Of a stretch of DNA of 60,171 nucleotides, positions 1 to 9,468 are shown in pieces; position 1 is the stretch's first letter, and every line of letters starts with the position of its first letter. The notes below the pieces were generated by a model. It did no database searches and was not told the origin of the DNA. It saw only the letters and a program-made list of their open reading frames with translations. Where the stretch lies: the NCBI GenBank assembly GCA_041664225.1, contig JBAYLE010000005.1, positions 1-60,171 of the forward strand. Reading direction: 5' to 3'. This stretch comes from Parcubacteria group bacterium. GTDB taxonomy: Bacteria; Patescibacteriota; Minisyncoccia; Moranbacterales; UBA2206. Position numbers and translations under genes: made by a program.

Positions 1-28
1 AAAAAATCCCGTTAAAAGGGATTTTTTT
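1..28 (-). terminator. Short hairpin flanked by A-run and T-run, immediately 3' of tRNA-Leu (could act in either direction)
   Basis: AAAAA-ATCCC-GTTAAAA-GGGAT-TTTTTT read directly. 5-bp stem only, so weak. Confidence 0.4.
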
Positions 29-29
29 G

Positions 30-113
30 TGCCCAAGGTGGGACTCGAACCCACACTCCCTTGCGAGAACACGATTTTGAGTCGTGCGCGTATACCAATT
101 CCGCCACTTGGGC
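30..113 (-). tRNA. tRNA-Leu (anticodon CAA), class II with long variable arm; CCA not encoded
   Basis: The reverse complement folds as a cloverleaf. Acceptor GCCCAAG/CTTGGGC, anticodon stem CACGA/TCGTG with loop CTCAAAA, T arm GTGGG-TTCGAGT-CCCAC, extra arm TCTCGCAAGGGAG. Confidence 0.9.
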
Positions 114-137
114 TTTTGTGTTATACTGAAAATAATT

Positions 138-923
138 ATGGCAAAGATTATCTCTTTAGTCAACCAAAAAGGGGGAGTGGGCAAAACTACTTCCGCGATC
201 AATCTGGCGACGTATCTGGCGGCGGCGGGCAAATTTGTTTTGCTAGTGGATCTTGACCCGCAGGGCAATGCGTCTTCAGGGCTGGGCATAGACATTCGAG
301 AAATTGGAAAAAGCCTGTATCACTCGATGATTTTGGGAGAACATCCTTCAAAGATAATTTTAAGAACCGAAACTTTAGGGCACGATATTATTCCATCTTC
401 ACAAGATTTGGCCGGAGCTGGCATAGAGCTAGTGCATATGGATAACCGCGAATTCAGGCTGTATAATGTTTTGCGCGAAATCAGAACCAATTACGATTAT
501 ATTATTATTGATTCTCCGCCGAGTTTGGGTCTTTTGACCATCAATGGACTGGTCGCGAGCGACGAGATAATCATCCCAGTGCAGACAGAATATTTTGCCC
601 TAGAGGGATTGAGCCAGCTTCTGAATACTATAAATTTGGTACGAGAAAATTTGCAGCCGGATTTGAAAATTATGGGAGCGATGCTGACCATGTATGATAA
701 AAGAAATCGGCTTTCCCGCCAAGTAATCAAAGAAGTGCAAGATCATTTTCCGGGGCATGTTTTTGACAGCATTATTCCGCGCTCCGTGCGCTTGGCGGAA
801 GCGCCAGGGTTTGGTAAATCAATTCTGAGCTTTGACTCTTTTTCTAAAGGCGCGCGCGCATACAAGAATCTGGCCAGGGAAATTATTGAGTTGGAAAAAG
901 GAGATAAAAATTTTTCAGTTTAA
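138..923 (+). CDS. parA: ParA/Soj chromosome-partitioning ATPase
   Basis: N-terminus MAKIISLVNQKGGVGKTT (deviant Walker A), DLDPQGN, IIIDSPPSLG. ATG at 138 is preferred over the in-frame start at 84, which would overlap the tRNA. Confidence 0.9.
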   Translation: MAKIISLVNQKGGVGKTTSAINLATYLAAAGKFVLLVDLDPQGNASSGLGIDIREIGKSLYHSMILGEHPSKIILRTETLGHDIIPSSQDLAGAGIELVHMDNREFRLYNVLREIRTNYDYIIIDSPPSLGLLTINGLVASDEIIIPVQTEYFALEGLSQLLNTINLVRENLQPDLKIMGAMLTMYDKRNRLSRQVIKEVQDHFPGHVFDSIIPRSVRLAEAPGFGKSILSFDSFSKGARAYKNLAREIIELEKGDKNFSV

Positions 924-947
924 ATAAAAATTAAAATTTCAAATAGC

Positions 948-1859
948 ATGGCGCAAAATTATGGCCTCGGCCGGGGATTATCTTCTCTCATTCCTCCAAA
1001 AAATCAAAAAATAACCGAACCCAAAACGGATTTTAATTATTTTGGAGCTGGAGACAAGAAAAGTGAATCAGCGCAACAACCAGTGAGTTCCGGTGGCGTG
1101 CAGGAAATAGAGCTGATGCGCATTGTTCCAAATCCGCACCAGCCACGGATGAATTTTGATGGAGAAAGAATGCAAGAACTCGCAGCGTCAATCAAGGAAC
1201 ACGGGATCATTCAGCCTTTAGTAGTGACAAAAAGCGAAAATGGCTATGAGATAATCGCTGGTGAGCGCAGATTTCAAGCGGCCAAACTGGCCGGCCTCAA
1301 AACCGTGCCGGCCATCGTGCGAAAAGCGACGGAGCAGCAAAAACTAGAGTTGGCGATTATTGAAAATATTCAAAGACATGATTTGAATCCGATTGAAGAA
1401 GCCAAGTCATATGTAAAACTGGTAACTGAATTTGATCTCAGTCAAGAAGCGGTCGCGCAAAAAGTGGGCAAGAGCCGCAGCGCCATCGCTAACAAGGAAA
1501 GACTCTTGAAATTGCCGGTGGAAATCCAAAAAGCATTGATTGAAAATAAAATTACGGAGGGTCATGCCAAGGCGATTCTGGCGATTGATCAGCCGGAAAA
1601 ACAAAGAGCGCTTTTTGAAATGATCTTAAAAAATAATCTGACTGTGCGCCAAACGGAAGATAAGACTAAGGAAATTTCTGTTAGAACCCATAAGCGCGTC
1701 ATCAGCGTCGATCCGGAGATTAAAAGGATAGAAGATATGTTGGCTGGAACATTAAAGACCAAAGTTAAAATTGCGAAGTCCGGAGACGGGGGGAAGATTA
1801 TAGTTGATTATTATTCAAAAGAAGAATTAAACAATATTTTGGATAAAATTCATTTATAG
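948..1859 (+). CDS. parB: ParB/Spo0J partition protein
   Basis: IVPNPHQPR and IIAGERRFQAA ParB-box motifs plus an HTH region (SQEAVAQKVGKSRSAIAN). Lies directly after parA. Confidence 0.9.
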   Translation: MAQNYGLGRGLSSLIPPKNQKITEPKTDFNYFGAGDKKSESAQQPVSSGGVQEIELMRIVPNPHQPRMNFDGERMQELAASIKEHGIIQPLVVTKSENGYEIIAGERRFQAAKLAGLKTVPAIVRKATEQQKLELAIIENIQRHDLNPIEEAKSYVKLVTEFDLSQEAVAQKVGKSRSAIANKERLLKLPVEIQKALIENKITEGHAKAILAIDQPEKQRALFEMILKNNLTVRQTEDKTKEISVRTHKRVISVDPEIKRIEDMLAGTLKTKVKIAKSGDGGKIIVDYYSKEELNNILDKIHL

Positions 1860-3338
1860 GATTCCGTCTTTTTTGAGCGCGCGTTTGATGTGAGTCTTAG
1901 CCAAAGTCGTGTGGACGAACTTCAGCCAGTCCCGGCTGGGGTTTTTGTGTTCTTTGGAAGTTATAATCTCGATCACATTGCCATTTCGTATTTTATAGTC
2001 AAGGGTGACCATTTTCCCGTCAGCTTTGGCGCCAACGGCGCGATGGCCAATTTCGCTGTGCACCTTGTAAGCAAAGTCGATTGGCGTAGCTTCTTCCGGC
2101 AGATCTATGACGTCGCCGCGAGGCGTAAAAGCAAAGATATGATTTTTGAAAAATTCAATCTTGAGCCCCTCCATAAATTCTGTGTCGTCTTTGCCGAGGT
2201 CAGTCTGCCATTCGCGAAGTTGTTTGACCCAATTCAATTCTTCGCCGGAGAACTTTTTGCTTGTTTTGCCAAACTTCAGAAAACTTATCCAGTCTTTGCT
2301 TTTTTCGGTATAAATCCAATGCGCGGCAATACCGAATTCAGCCTCGTCATGCATTTTTTGCGTGCGGATCTGGATTTCCATGATCTTGCCGTCTGGGCCG
2401 AAGACTGTTGTGTGGATGGATTGGTAGCCATTCGGCTTGGGGAGCGATATATAATCTTTGATCCGTCCAACGAGCGGGTGGTATTTGCGATGAGCGACGC
2501 CCAGCGTTTCATAGCAATCCGCCACTTCCGGAACGATAACGCGGATGCCGGCCAGATCGTAAATCTTGCTAATATCCATCTCGTGCCGCTGCAGTTTCTG
2601 AAAAAGCCGGTACAAGTGCTTGGTTCTTCCATAGATTTCGATGACCTGGATATTTTCTTTAAGCAATTCTTTTTTCAATTCTTCCACAGCTTTCTCCAAA
2701 TTCTTTTTACGCAAGCTGAATTCTTTCTCGGCAATATTTTTTACATACTCGTAATTTTCGCGGTCCAGATATTTGAAGGCCAAATCTTCCAGGCGCGCTT
2801 TGATGTCGCCGATTCCCAATCTGTTGGCCAGAGGCGCGAAAACCTCCATAGTTTCCAGGGCGATTCTCTGGCGTTTGTTTTCTGGGAGCGCGTCAAGGGT
2901 TTCCATATTATGCAAACGATCGGCCAGTTTAATGATGACCACGCGAATATCTGCCGCCATCGCTAAAAACATCTTGCGCATGTTTTCCAGATAGAATTCT
3001 TCTTTTTCCCCGCGCAACCTAATTTTTCCAACCTTGGTTACGCCGTCAACCAAAAAAGCGATTTCATGTCCAAAGGTTGCCTCGATTTCTTTCAAAGTGA
3101 CGCTGGTATCTTCTGAAACGTCGTGCAGCAATCCTGCGGAGATGGTTTTTGAACCTAATCCCAGATGGGCAATATTTAGCGCAGTGTGCAAAGAATGCTG
3201 GATATACGCCTCTCCCGATTTTCTCTTTTGCCCGCGATGGGCCTTTTCGGCGAATTCATAGGCGCTTCGAATCAACGCCTCGCGCTGGGGCGTTTTTTCA
3301 ACTCGCATATTCTTTAAGATATCTTCAATGGTTAGCAT
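1854..3338 (-). CDS. rel: RelA/SpoT-homologue (p)ppGpp synthetase/hydrolase, short form (HD + synthetase + TGS)
   Basis: HD region (HRGQKRKSGEAYIQH ... LLHDVSEDT), synthetase region (IYGRTKHLYRLFQKL ... DLAGIRVIV ... YQSIHTTV), TGS (IFAFTPRGDVIDLPEEATPIDFAYKVHSEIG). The 3' end overlaps the parB stop by 6 nt (convergent). Confidence 0.85.
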   Translation of the reverse strand: MLTIEDILKNMRVEKTPQREALIRSAYEFAEKAHRGQKRKSGEAYIQHSLHTALNIAHLGLGSKTISAGLLHDVSEDTSVTLKEIEATFGHEIAFLVDGVTKVGKIRLRGEKEEFYLENMRKMFLAMAADIRVVIIKLADRLHNMETLDALPENKRQRIALETMEVFAPLANRLGIGDIKARLEDLAFKYLDRENYEYVKNIAEKEFSLRKKNLEKAVEELKKELLKENIQVIEIYGRTKHLYRLFQKLQRHEMDISKIYDLAGIRVIVPEVADCYETLGVAHRKYHPLVGRIKDYISLPKPNGYQSIHTTVFGPDGKIMEIQIRTQKMHDEAEFGIAAHWIYTEKSKDWISFLKFGKTSKKFSGEELNWVKQLREWQTDLGKDDTEFMEGLKIEFFKNHIFAFTPRGDVIDLPEEATPIDFAYKVHSEIGHRAVGAKADGKMVTLDYKIRNGNVIEIITSKEHKNPSRDWLKFVHTTLAKTHIKRALKKDGIL

Positions 3339-3381
3339 ACTTTTGATAATACAAGCATATCTCAGAAAAATTCAGAGTAAA

Positions 3382-5607
3382 TTATTTCTCAAATTTACAT
3401 TCTTTCTTCGAGCATTTGATTTTGCCCTTGGCGGCGAAGACGAGCAGTGATTTGCAATCAGGACAAATTTCACCATTCGGTTTATTCCAGAGCGCGAAGT
3501 CACATTTGGGATAAGTGTTGCAACCATAAAAAGGCCGGCCACGCTTGGATTTTCGTTCAACTATATCGCCGATATTGCACTTGGGACACTTGATGCCGGT
3601 TTTATTTTCAATTTTTTTGATGCCCTTGCATTCCGGATAATTCGAACATCCGAGAAAAGTTCCGAATTTGCCCCGCTTCACCACCATCGGCGCACCGCAA
3701 ACTTCGCAAACTTCGCCCTTGTGTTCATCATCCACTTTCTTTTCCGCGTCGGTTTTTTCTGTGTGTTTGCAATTTGGATAATTGGAACAAGCAATAAACT
3801 TGCCAAAGCGGCCGAATTTCATGATCAAATCTCCGCCGCAATCCGGACACACTCGATCAAGTTTTTCCTGGAAATCTTCTTTTTTGACTTCTTTGGTTTT
3901 GGATTCCAGATTTTTGTGGAATGGTTTATAAAATTCACGGATAACCGGCACCCACTTGCGTTTGCCCTCGGCAATTTCGTCAAAATCCAGTTCGATAGTG
4001 GCGGTGAATTTGATATCCACAATTTCTGGAAAGTGTTCCACTAGAAGATCATTGACCAACTTGCCGATTTCTTCGGGGAATAATCTTTTCTCCTCGTTTT
4101 TATCGACATATTTTCTTTCAATGACGGTGGAAATTGTTGGCGCATAAGTTGATGGACGTCCGATACCATTTTCCTCCAGTACTTTAACCAAAGTTGCTTC
4201 ACTGTAACGCGGCGGCGGAGTCGTGGATTTTTGAGTTGTTGTTGCTTCGACTAAATCCAAAGCATCCGCGACTTTCAATGGCGGCAAAATATTTTCCGAA
4301 ATTGCGTCTTCGCCATAAACTTTTAAATAGCCATCAAACAATAATGTCGAACCATTGGCTCGCAGCAAATAATTATTTTTTCCTTTGGCTTCGATATCCA
4401 CTTTGACGGAATTAAATTTGGCGCCTTGCATTTGGCAAGCGATCATGCGATTCCAAATCAGGCGATACAAGCGGTATTGATTGTTGTCCAGTTTGCTTTT
4501 CAATTCGTCAGGCGTGCGTTCCGGATAAGCCGGTCGGATTGCTTCATGTGCTTCTTGCGCACCTTTGGAACGAGTTTTATAGAAACGCGGATTTTCCAAA
4601 GCGTAGTTTTTGCCAAAAAGTGACGTAATAATTTTTTGTGCCGTGAGCATGGATTCCATCGACAAGTTAGTCGAATCAGTTCGCATATAGGTGATCAAGC
4701 CTTCTTCGTAAAGTTTTTGCGCGATCATCATGGTCTGCTTGGAAGAAAAGCCTAAGCTATTAATGGCTGCCTGTTGCAGTGTTGAAGTTGTAAAAGGAGC
4801 AGGCGGAGTGCGCAAAGTTTCTTTTTTGACAACATCACTGACTTTGTATTTTGCGCTTTTAAGATCGGCCAGAATCGCATCGGCGCTTTTTTGGTCGGTG
4901 ATGACGGTTTTTTTAGTTTTATAGTCTCCGGTAAAAAGTTTCAGCGTGATCACTTGCTCGATCTTTTCGTCGCCTTTTTGGATCAGGTTGGCATCAAAGA
5001 TATTTTTGTCGCCTTGTTTTTTTAGTTTGGCGCCAATGGTCCAAAATTCTTCGGCTTTGAATTTTTCAATTTCACGTTCTCGTTCCACGATCAATCGCAC
5101 GGCCACGGATTGGACGCGCCCAGCCGAAAGGCCTCGTCTGATTTTTTTCCAAAGAAAGGGAGAGAGTTCATAGCCGACCAGTCGGTCTAGGATGCGGCGC
5201 GCCTGTTGCGCGTCGACCAGGTTTAAATCGAGCTTGCGGGGTTTTTCCAAAGCTTTTTCGATGGCGGCTTTGGTAATTTCGTGGAAAACAATTCTTTTGG
5301 CTGTGTCCGGATTCAGGTCGAGGGCGCTGACCAGATGCCAGGAGATCGCTTCACCCTCACGATCTTCGTCAGTCGCGAGGATAACTTCTTCCGCTTTTTG
5401 GGCCAACTCTTTCAGTTCGGAAACACGCTCCGCGGATTTAGCGGGAATGACATATTCCGGCGCAAAGTCGTGCTCGATATCAATGCCCATCTTCTTGGCC
5501 GGTAAATCGCGGATGTGTCCGTAGGAAGATTTCACGGTGAATTTTTTGCCGAGAAACTTTGAAATGGTTTTAGCCTTGGTGGGTGACTCAACGATAACTA
5601 ATTTCAT
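3382..5607 (-). CDS. topA: DNA topoisomerase I
   Basis: Toprim start MKLVIVESPTKAKTI, DEDREGE, active-site region ITYMRTDS, four C-terminal CxxC...CxxC zinc ribbons. Confidence 0.95.
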   Translation of the reverse strand: MKLVIVESPTKAKTISKFLGKKFTVKSSYGHIRDLPAKKMGIDIEHDFAPEYVIPAKSAERVSELKELAQKAEEVILATDEDREGEAISWHLVSALDLNPDTAKRIVFHEITKAAIEKALEKPRKLDLNLVDAQQARRILDRLVGYELSPFLWKKIRRGLSAGRVQSVAVRLIVEREREIEKFKAEEFWTIGAKLKKQGDKNIFDANLIQKGDEKIEQVITLKLFTGDYKTKKTVITDQKSADAILADLKSAKYKVSDVVKKETLRTPPAPFTTSTLQQAAINSLGFSSKQTMMIAQKLYEEGLITYMRTDSTNLSMESMLTAQKIITSLFGKNYALENPRFYKTRSKGAQEAHEAIRPAYPERTPDELKSKLDNNQYRLYRLIWNRMIACQMQGAKFNSVKVDIEAKGKNNYLLRANGSTLLFDGYLKVYGEDAISENILPPLKVADALDLVEATTTQKSTTPPPRYSEATLVKVLEENGIGRPSTYAPTISTVIERKYVDKNEEKRLFPEEIGKLVNDLLVEHFPEIVDIKFTATIELDFDEIAEGKRKWVPVIREFYKPFHKNLESKTKEVKKEDFQEKLDRVCPDCGGDLIMKFGRFGKFIACSNYPNCKHTEKTDAEKKVDDEHKGEVCEVCGAPMVVKRGKFGTFLGCSNYPECKGIKKIENKTGIKCPKCNIGDIVERKSKRGRPFYGCNTYPKCDFALWNKPNGEICPDCKSLLVFAAKGKIKCSKKECKFEK

Positions 5608-5614
5608 AAAAAAT

Positions 5615-6694
5615 TTAGATTAAAATATAATTTTGTCCGCCGATATTTTTTGTCCAGCCTTTTATTTCCATCATGGAAAGAGAAGCGCTAACGGCACTGG
5701 TATCCAGTTTAGACCTAAACGAAATATTGTCAATGTGAAGCGGGTCAGTGGATAATATTTTTAAAATAATTTCCTCCTCTTTTGTCTCGGGAATTTTTGC
5801 GATCGGAGCGGTTTTTTCTTGCATTTCATCCAAATCCAACTCTTCCAAAATATCCTTGACGCCGGTGACGATTTTGGCGCCGTTCCTGATCAGATTATGG
5901 GTGCCGATCGATTGCGGTGAAAAGATCGAGCCGGGTACGGCAAAAACTTCACGATTGAATTCCAGCGCCAGAGTAGCAGTGATGAGCGTCCCGCTTTTTT
6001 CACCGGCTTCCACCACTAGTGTGCCGAGCGACAAGCCGGCGATGATGCGATTGCGCGCGGGAAAATTTCCGGGGATGCCAGCCGGCGTTTCGATCGGATA
6101 ATCCGAAAGAAGCGCGCCCTGAACAATTATATCGCGCGAGAGATTAAAATTGTTTCTGGGATAAATATTTTTATCATCCAAGCTGCCGCCCAAAACGGCG
6201 ACAGTTTTTCCTCCTGCCAAAAGCGCTCCGGAATGGGCGATAGAATCGATGCCGAGCGCCATGCCGCTGACGACTGTGATGCCGGCCGCGGCCAAATCTT
6301 TGGCAAAAGATGTGGCGGCTTGCGCGCCATAGGAAGTGTACTTTCTCGAACCGACGATGGAAATCATAGGTGCCGCGTTGAGATCGATTTTTCCCTTCAT
6401 ATATATAATGTAGGGAGCGGGGGAAATTTCTTTCAAAAGGCGGGGGTAGGCCGGATCGTTTTGGGTAATCATGCGGATGTTTTCTTTTGCGAGCCTTTCC
6501 CATTCGGCGTCGGGGTTGATAGCCGGCCTTTCGGAAACTATTTTTTGGGTTATGGCTGGGCCGATGCCGCTTTTTTCTAAATCAACAATGCTGGCTTGCC
6601 AGATATTTTCCGGAGTTTCAAAAAAACTTAAAAGCGTCCGCATTTTCTGCGGACCGAGACCGTTAATCTTATTGAGAGCATTGAGATATTTCAT
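5615..6694 (-). CDS. dprA: DNA-processing protein DprA (Smf)
   Basis: Rossmann-like core ISIVGSRKYTSYG ... GMALGIDSIAH ... GTLITA. The conserved dprA-topA adjacency is present. Confidence 0.85.
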   Translation of the reverse strand: MKYLNALNKINGLGPQKMRTLLSFFETPENIWQASIVDLEKSGIGPAITQKIVSERPAINPDAEWERLAKENIRMITQNDPAYPRLLKEISPAPYIIYMKGKIDLNAAPMISIVGSRKYTSYGAQAATSFAKDLAAAGITVVSGMALGIDSIAHSGALLAGGKTVAVLGGSLDDKNIYPRNNFNLSRDIIVQGALLSDYPIETPAGIPGNFPARNRIIAGLSLGTLVVEAGEKSGTLITATLALEFNREVFAVPGSIFSPQSIGTHNLIRNGAKIVTGVKDILEELDLDEMQEKTAPIAKIPETKEEEIILKILSTDPLHIDNISFRSKLDTSAVSASLSMMEIKGWTKNIGGQNYILI

Positions 6695-6727
6695 AGCACT
6701 TTATAAATATAACAATATCCAGAGGTA

Positions 6728-6756
6728 TTGACAAAACTATTGGTTGTATCTATAAT
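6728..6756 (+). promoter_or_regulatory. Consensus sigma70-type promoter TTGACA-N17-TATAAT, followed by a leader hairpin
   Basis: Perfect hexamers with 17-nt spacing read directly. CCCAAATCC-TTA-GGATTTTTGGGG hairpin lies downstream. About 70 nt upstream of the 6826 CDS. Confidence 0.7.
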
Positions 6757-6825
6757 AGCAAATCCCAAATCCTTAGGATTTTTGGGGCTGTCATTTGACA
6801 AAAAAAGAACGAAAGGAGAGGAATT

Positions 6826-8658
6826 ATGATAAGGGGGTTTGATTCAAAAAAGGTCCTGGCTGTTTTGTTTGTTCTGATGATTGCTTTCGGTGCCTGGATG
6901 ACATTTATCCATCCCGGTCAGATAGCGACCAAGGAGCTCAAAAAAGCCGAGGTGGTTTTTACTGAAGCTCAGCAAAAACTGGCGGATGTTGAAAAACAAG
7001 CCATCAGTTTAAGGTGGTACAAAAAGAAGTACTTCGACGAATTAGCCATACTCTTTGATCAGGCTCGACGCGAGCTTTCAAGCACGGAAGGAGCGTTGAA
7101 ACTGGCGCAATCAGAAAAAAAGGCTAAAGACAAAAGAAGCCGTTCTGAAAGCGTGAGTCAAAGGTTGCGGCAAAAAACAGGTGCGTTGTCGGCCATTGAA
7201 AAGATACGGCAGAAAATTGCTGCGTATCAAAAAGTGACTGATGAGGCAAGGGCTGAATCTGAAGTTTTGCAGAAAACAATTTTAAGTCTCGGCAAAAAAC
7301 ATAACGAGACCGAAGCTGTTCTGGAAGTTGAAAAAAAATCATATCTCTCGAAATACGTAAAATCCATGGACGAACAGTTATCGGACGTGGAGAAAAAAGC
7401 AGTTGAAGCTTTCGAAATTTTGCATCAGGCCAGTAGTCTGCTTCCACCGAAGGATGATGTTTCAGGCAACGGCGACCCTATTGAAGCCGGCCGTTTTATC
7501 AAGGGATGCAAGGCCACATTGGAATCAGCGAAGAATACTTTGGATGCAGTTGGCAGTGAGCTTGTCTTACAGCACGATGCCCTCACTAAATCAGTACCGA
7601 GTGTGGCAGAGGCAGACGTCCAGCTGAAAGAAGCACGAGCTCATCTTGAGTCAATAAGACAAAGTTCAAGTCTATTACCCAATAAAGCCTTGAAGAATGC
7701 ATACCAAAAAAATGCTGAAGCCGAGAAAAAAATTGGTCAGGCAAAAAAAGCACTTACTGTTGTCGTGGAAAAAGGCAAAAAGGATCTGGCGCTGGCTTAT
7801 AGAAACGCACTGGCCGTGTCCGGATTGTCTTTGGAAGTCATCAAAGAAGCGGATTTTCAGGTTAAATTATTTGCGGAAGCGAAAACAAAACTTGAGAAGC
7901 ATGTGCTCAAACTGAACACTCAGGAAAAGGAATTTGTCAAGGCTGAAAATAGCCTGGTCATTCTAAAAGCGAATCATATCGTTTCGGCTTGGCAGGATGT
8001 TGCGTTGAACTTGGAAACAGCAAGACAGAAATATTCTTTGGCGCAAAAAACTTTGGCAGATGCCGAAACACTTTTTCTGGAGCAGATTTTTTCTGATGCC
8101 GTAAAGAGTTTCGATTTGGCAACTTCTGATTATGGTTACTCTTCCCAGTTATTAGCTGGGTTGATTGCTCGTACTGACAAGCTGGAGAGATACCGCGGGG
8201 AATGGCCTCGCGTCGAAAAAAAGGCGCAACGGACAATCAATGATGAGGAAGATAAAGTGAGCAAATACGGCAGTCATTCATCGTCGGCCAAAAGCGACTT
8301 TGATTCAGCCGTAAGTCTGCTTGCAAATGCCAAACGTTTAGCTTCTCAAAAGGATTATGCAAGCGCGGTTAAAAAAGCCCAAGAGGCAGATAAGCTTGCG
8401 GAAGGTACCGGAAGCCGGGCGTATGCCGCTTATGAAGATTATGAAGAAGGTCAGAGACGAGCCAGATCTTTTGATAGTGATGATTCATCACCAGGATTTG
8501 GCGGGGGCTTTGGTAGCGGAAGCGATTCCGGCAGTGGCGGTTTTGGTGGAAGTTCCGGCGGTAGCGATGGTGGAGGCTGGGGTGGAAGTTCCGGCGGTAG
8601 TGATGGTGGAGGCTGGGGCGGAAGTTCCGGTGGCAGTGACGGCGGCGGCTGGAATTAA
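6826..8658 (+). CDS. Membrane-anchored long coiled-coil protein with Gly/Ser-rich C-terminal tail (function unknown)
   Basis: SD AAAGGAGAGG upstream. One N-terminal TM (VLAVLFVLMIAFGAWMTFI), about 500 aa rich in K/E/A/L heptad-like sequence, tail GGFGGSSGGSDGGGW x3. Confidence 0.75.
   Translation: MIRGFDSKKVLAVLFVLMIAFGAWMTFIHPGQIATKELKKAEVVFTEAQQKLADVEKQAISLRWYKKKYFDELAILFDQARRELSSTEGALKLAQSEKKAKDKRSRSESVSQRLRQKTGALSAIEKIRQKIAAYQKVTDEARAESEVLQKTILSLGKKHNETEAVLEVEKKSYLSKYVKSMDEQLSDVEKKAVEAFEILHQASSLLPPKDDVSGNGDPIEAGRFIKGCKATLESAKNTLDAVGSELVLQHDALTKSVPSVAEADVQLKEARAHLESIRQSSSLLPNKALKNAYQKNAEAEKKIGQAKKALTVVVEKGKKDLALAYRNALAVSGLSLEVIKEADFQVKLFAEAKTKLEKHVLKLNTQEKEFVKAENSLVILKANHIVSAWQDVALNLETARQKYSLAQKTLADAETLFLEQIFSDAVKSFDLATSDYGYSSQLLAGLIARTDKLERYRGEWPRVEKKAQRTINDEEDKVSKYGSHSSSAKSDFDSAVSLLANAKRLASQKDYASAVKKAQEADKLAEGTGSRAYAAYEDYEEGQRRARSFDSDDSSPGFGGGFGSGSDSGSGGFGGSSGGSDGGGWGGSSGGSDGGGWGGSSGGSDGGGWN
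8545..8652 (+). repeat. Three tandem 36-nt repeats encoding GGSSGGSDGGGW
   Basis: ggtggaagttccggcggtagcgatggtggaggctgg repeated three times with a few synonymous or near-synonymous changes, at the 3' end of the 6826 CDS. Confidence 0.9.
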
Positions 8659-8685
8659 AAATCAAGAAAAAGGAAGAGAGGTAAT

Positions 8686-9435
8686 ATGGATATAATCGGT
8701 CCGATTTTATTAGTCGTGGGAGTCGTGGGTCTTGCTTTTATAATCTACACATTCATAAGGGATAAAAAGCAAGGTGGTATTTCACAGTATGTTCCTCCCA
8801 GGGAAGAAAAAGTCGAAATTCTACCAACTGACAGATCGGGAATGAAACCGGAAGATCGTTTGAAAGAGGTACGTTCTAAGCAGACAATCACTCTGGCTGG
8901 CGAAGGAGAGAGATCCGTGCTGGCTTCGGTGGCATTGCACGAGATGACTCAAACTTCGAAAGAAGCGCCCTGGTCAAGAACAGGAAACGTTTCAAAAGGA
9001 TTGGTTCTTTCGAAAGAAATATTTATTTTCAAAGTGCCTGGTCGTGAAGGAGGACAACCAAAATGGTTGCGGGCTCAAGAAATTGAAACTTATTCCCTAA
9101 AACAGTTTTATCGGGGAAAAGATGAAGAAAGCGGTCCCGCCAAACAGTTTCATTTGAATGGGCAGATAACTCCTGTTCCATATCAACTTCCTGGTGGTTT
9201 GACCCCGGGAGTTACTTGGAAAGTAGTTGACATTGGTACGTTTGATGTAGGTGTCGACGGAGAATCAGGAAATTTTGTTAGCGGTGACAGGTTGTATTTT
9301 GTTACATCAATTGAGGAAGGGGGTATGCGCTGGCTTCTGTATCTTGATGCCAGGAAGGGAGAGGCCAAGGGTTCCGGGGGCTTGTTTATTGGAGAGCCTT
9401 TTGAGCCTTCGGTAGAAGTGTCTGATTTGCTCTAA
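8686..9435 (+). CDS. Single-pass membrane protein, possibly DUF4178/YdjH-like PspA partner
   Basis: SD GGAAGAGAGG. N-terminal TM (IIGPILLVVGVVGLAFIIYTFI). C-terminal beta-rich region (VTWKVVDIGTFDVGVDGE ... RWLLYLDA) resembles DUF4178 from memory. Sits directly upstream of the PspA-like gene. Confidence 0.6.
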   Translation: MDIIGPILLVVGVVGLAFIIYTFIRDKKQGGISQYVPPREEKVEILPTDRSGMKPEDRLKEVRSKQTITLAGEGERSVLASVALHEMTQTSKEAPWSRTGNVSKGLVLSKEIFIFKVPGREGGQPKWLRAQEIETYSLKQFYRGKDEESGPAKQFHLNGQITPVPYQLPGGLTPGVTWKVVDIGTFDVGVDGESGNFVSGDRLYFVTSIEEGGMRWLLYLDARKGEAKGSGGLFIGEPFEPSVEVSDLL

Positions 9436-9468
9436 AAATAAAACCAGAAACGAAGAAGGAGGTTTAGT

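Noticed and set aside
84-137. N-terminal extension of the parA ORF (MRVYQFRHLGFCVILKII)
   Set aside because: It overlaps the tRNA-Leu gene. The canonical ParA N-terminus MAKIISLVNQKGGVGKTT begins at ATG 138.
1890-2966. 358-aa plus-strand ORF
   Set aside because: It is fully antisense to the well-supported rel gene. Composition is low-complexity and Phe-rich, with no motif. This is a typical shadow ORF.
8545-8652. Possible CRISPR array
   Set aside because: The repeats are directly adjacent 36-mers with no spacers, lie inside a CDS, and encode a Gly/Ser repeat. No CRISPR-like repeat-spacer structure was seen anywhere in the window.
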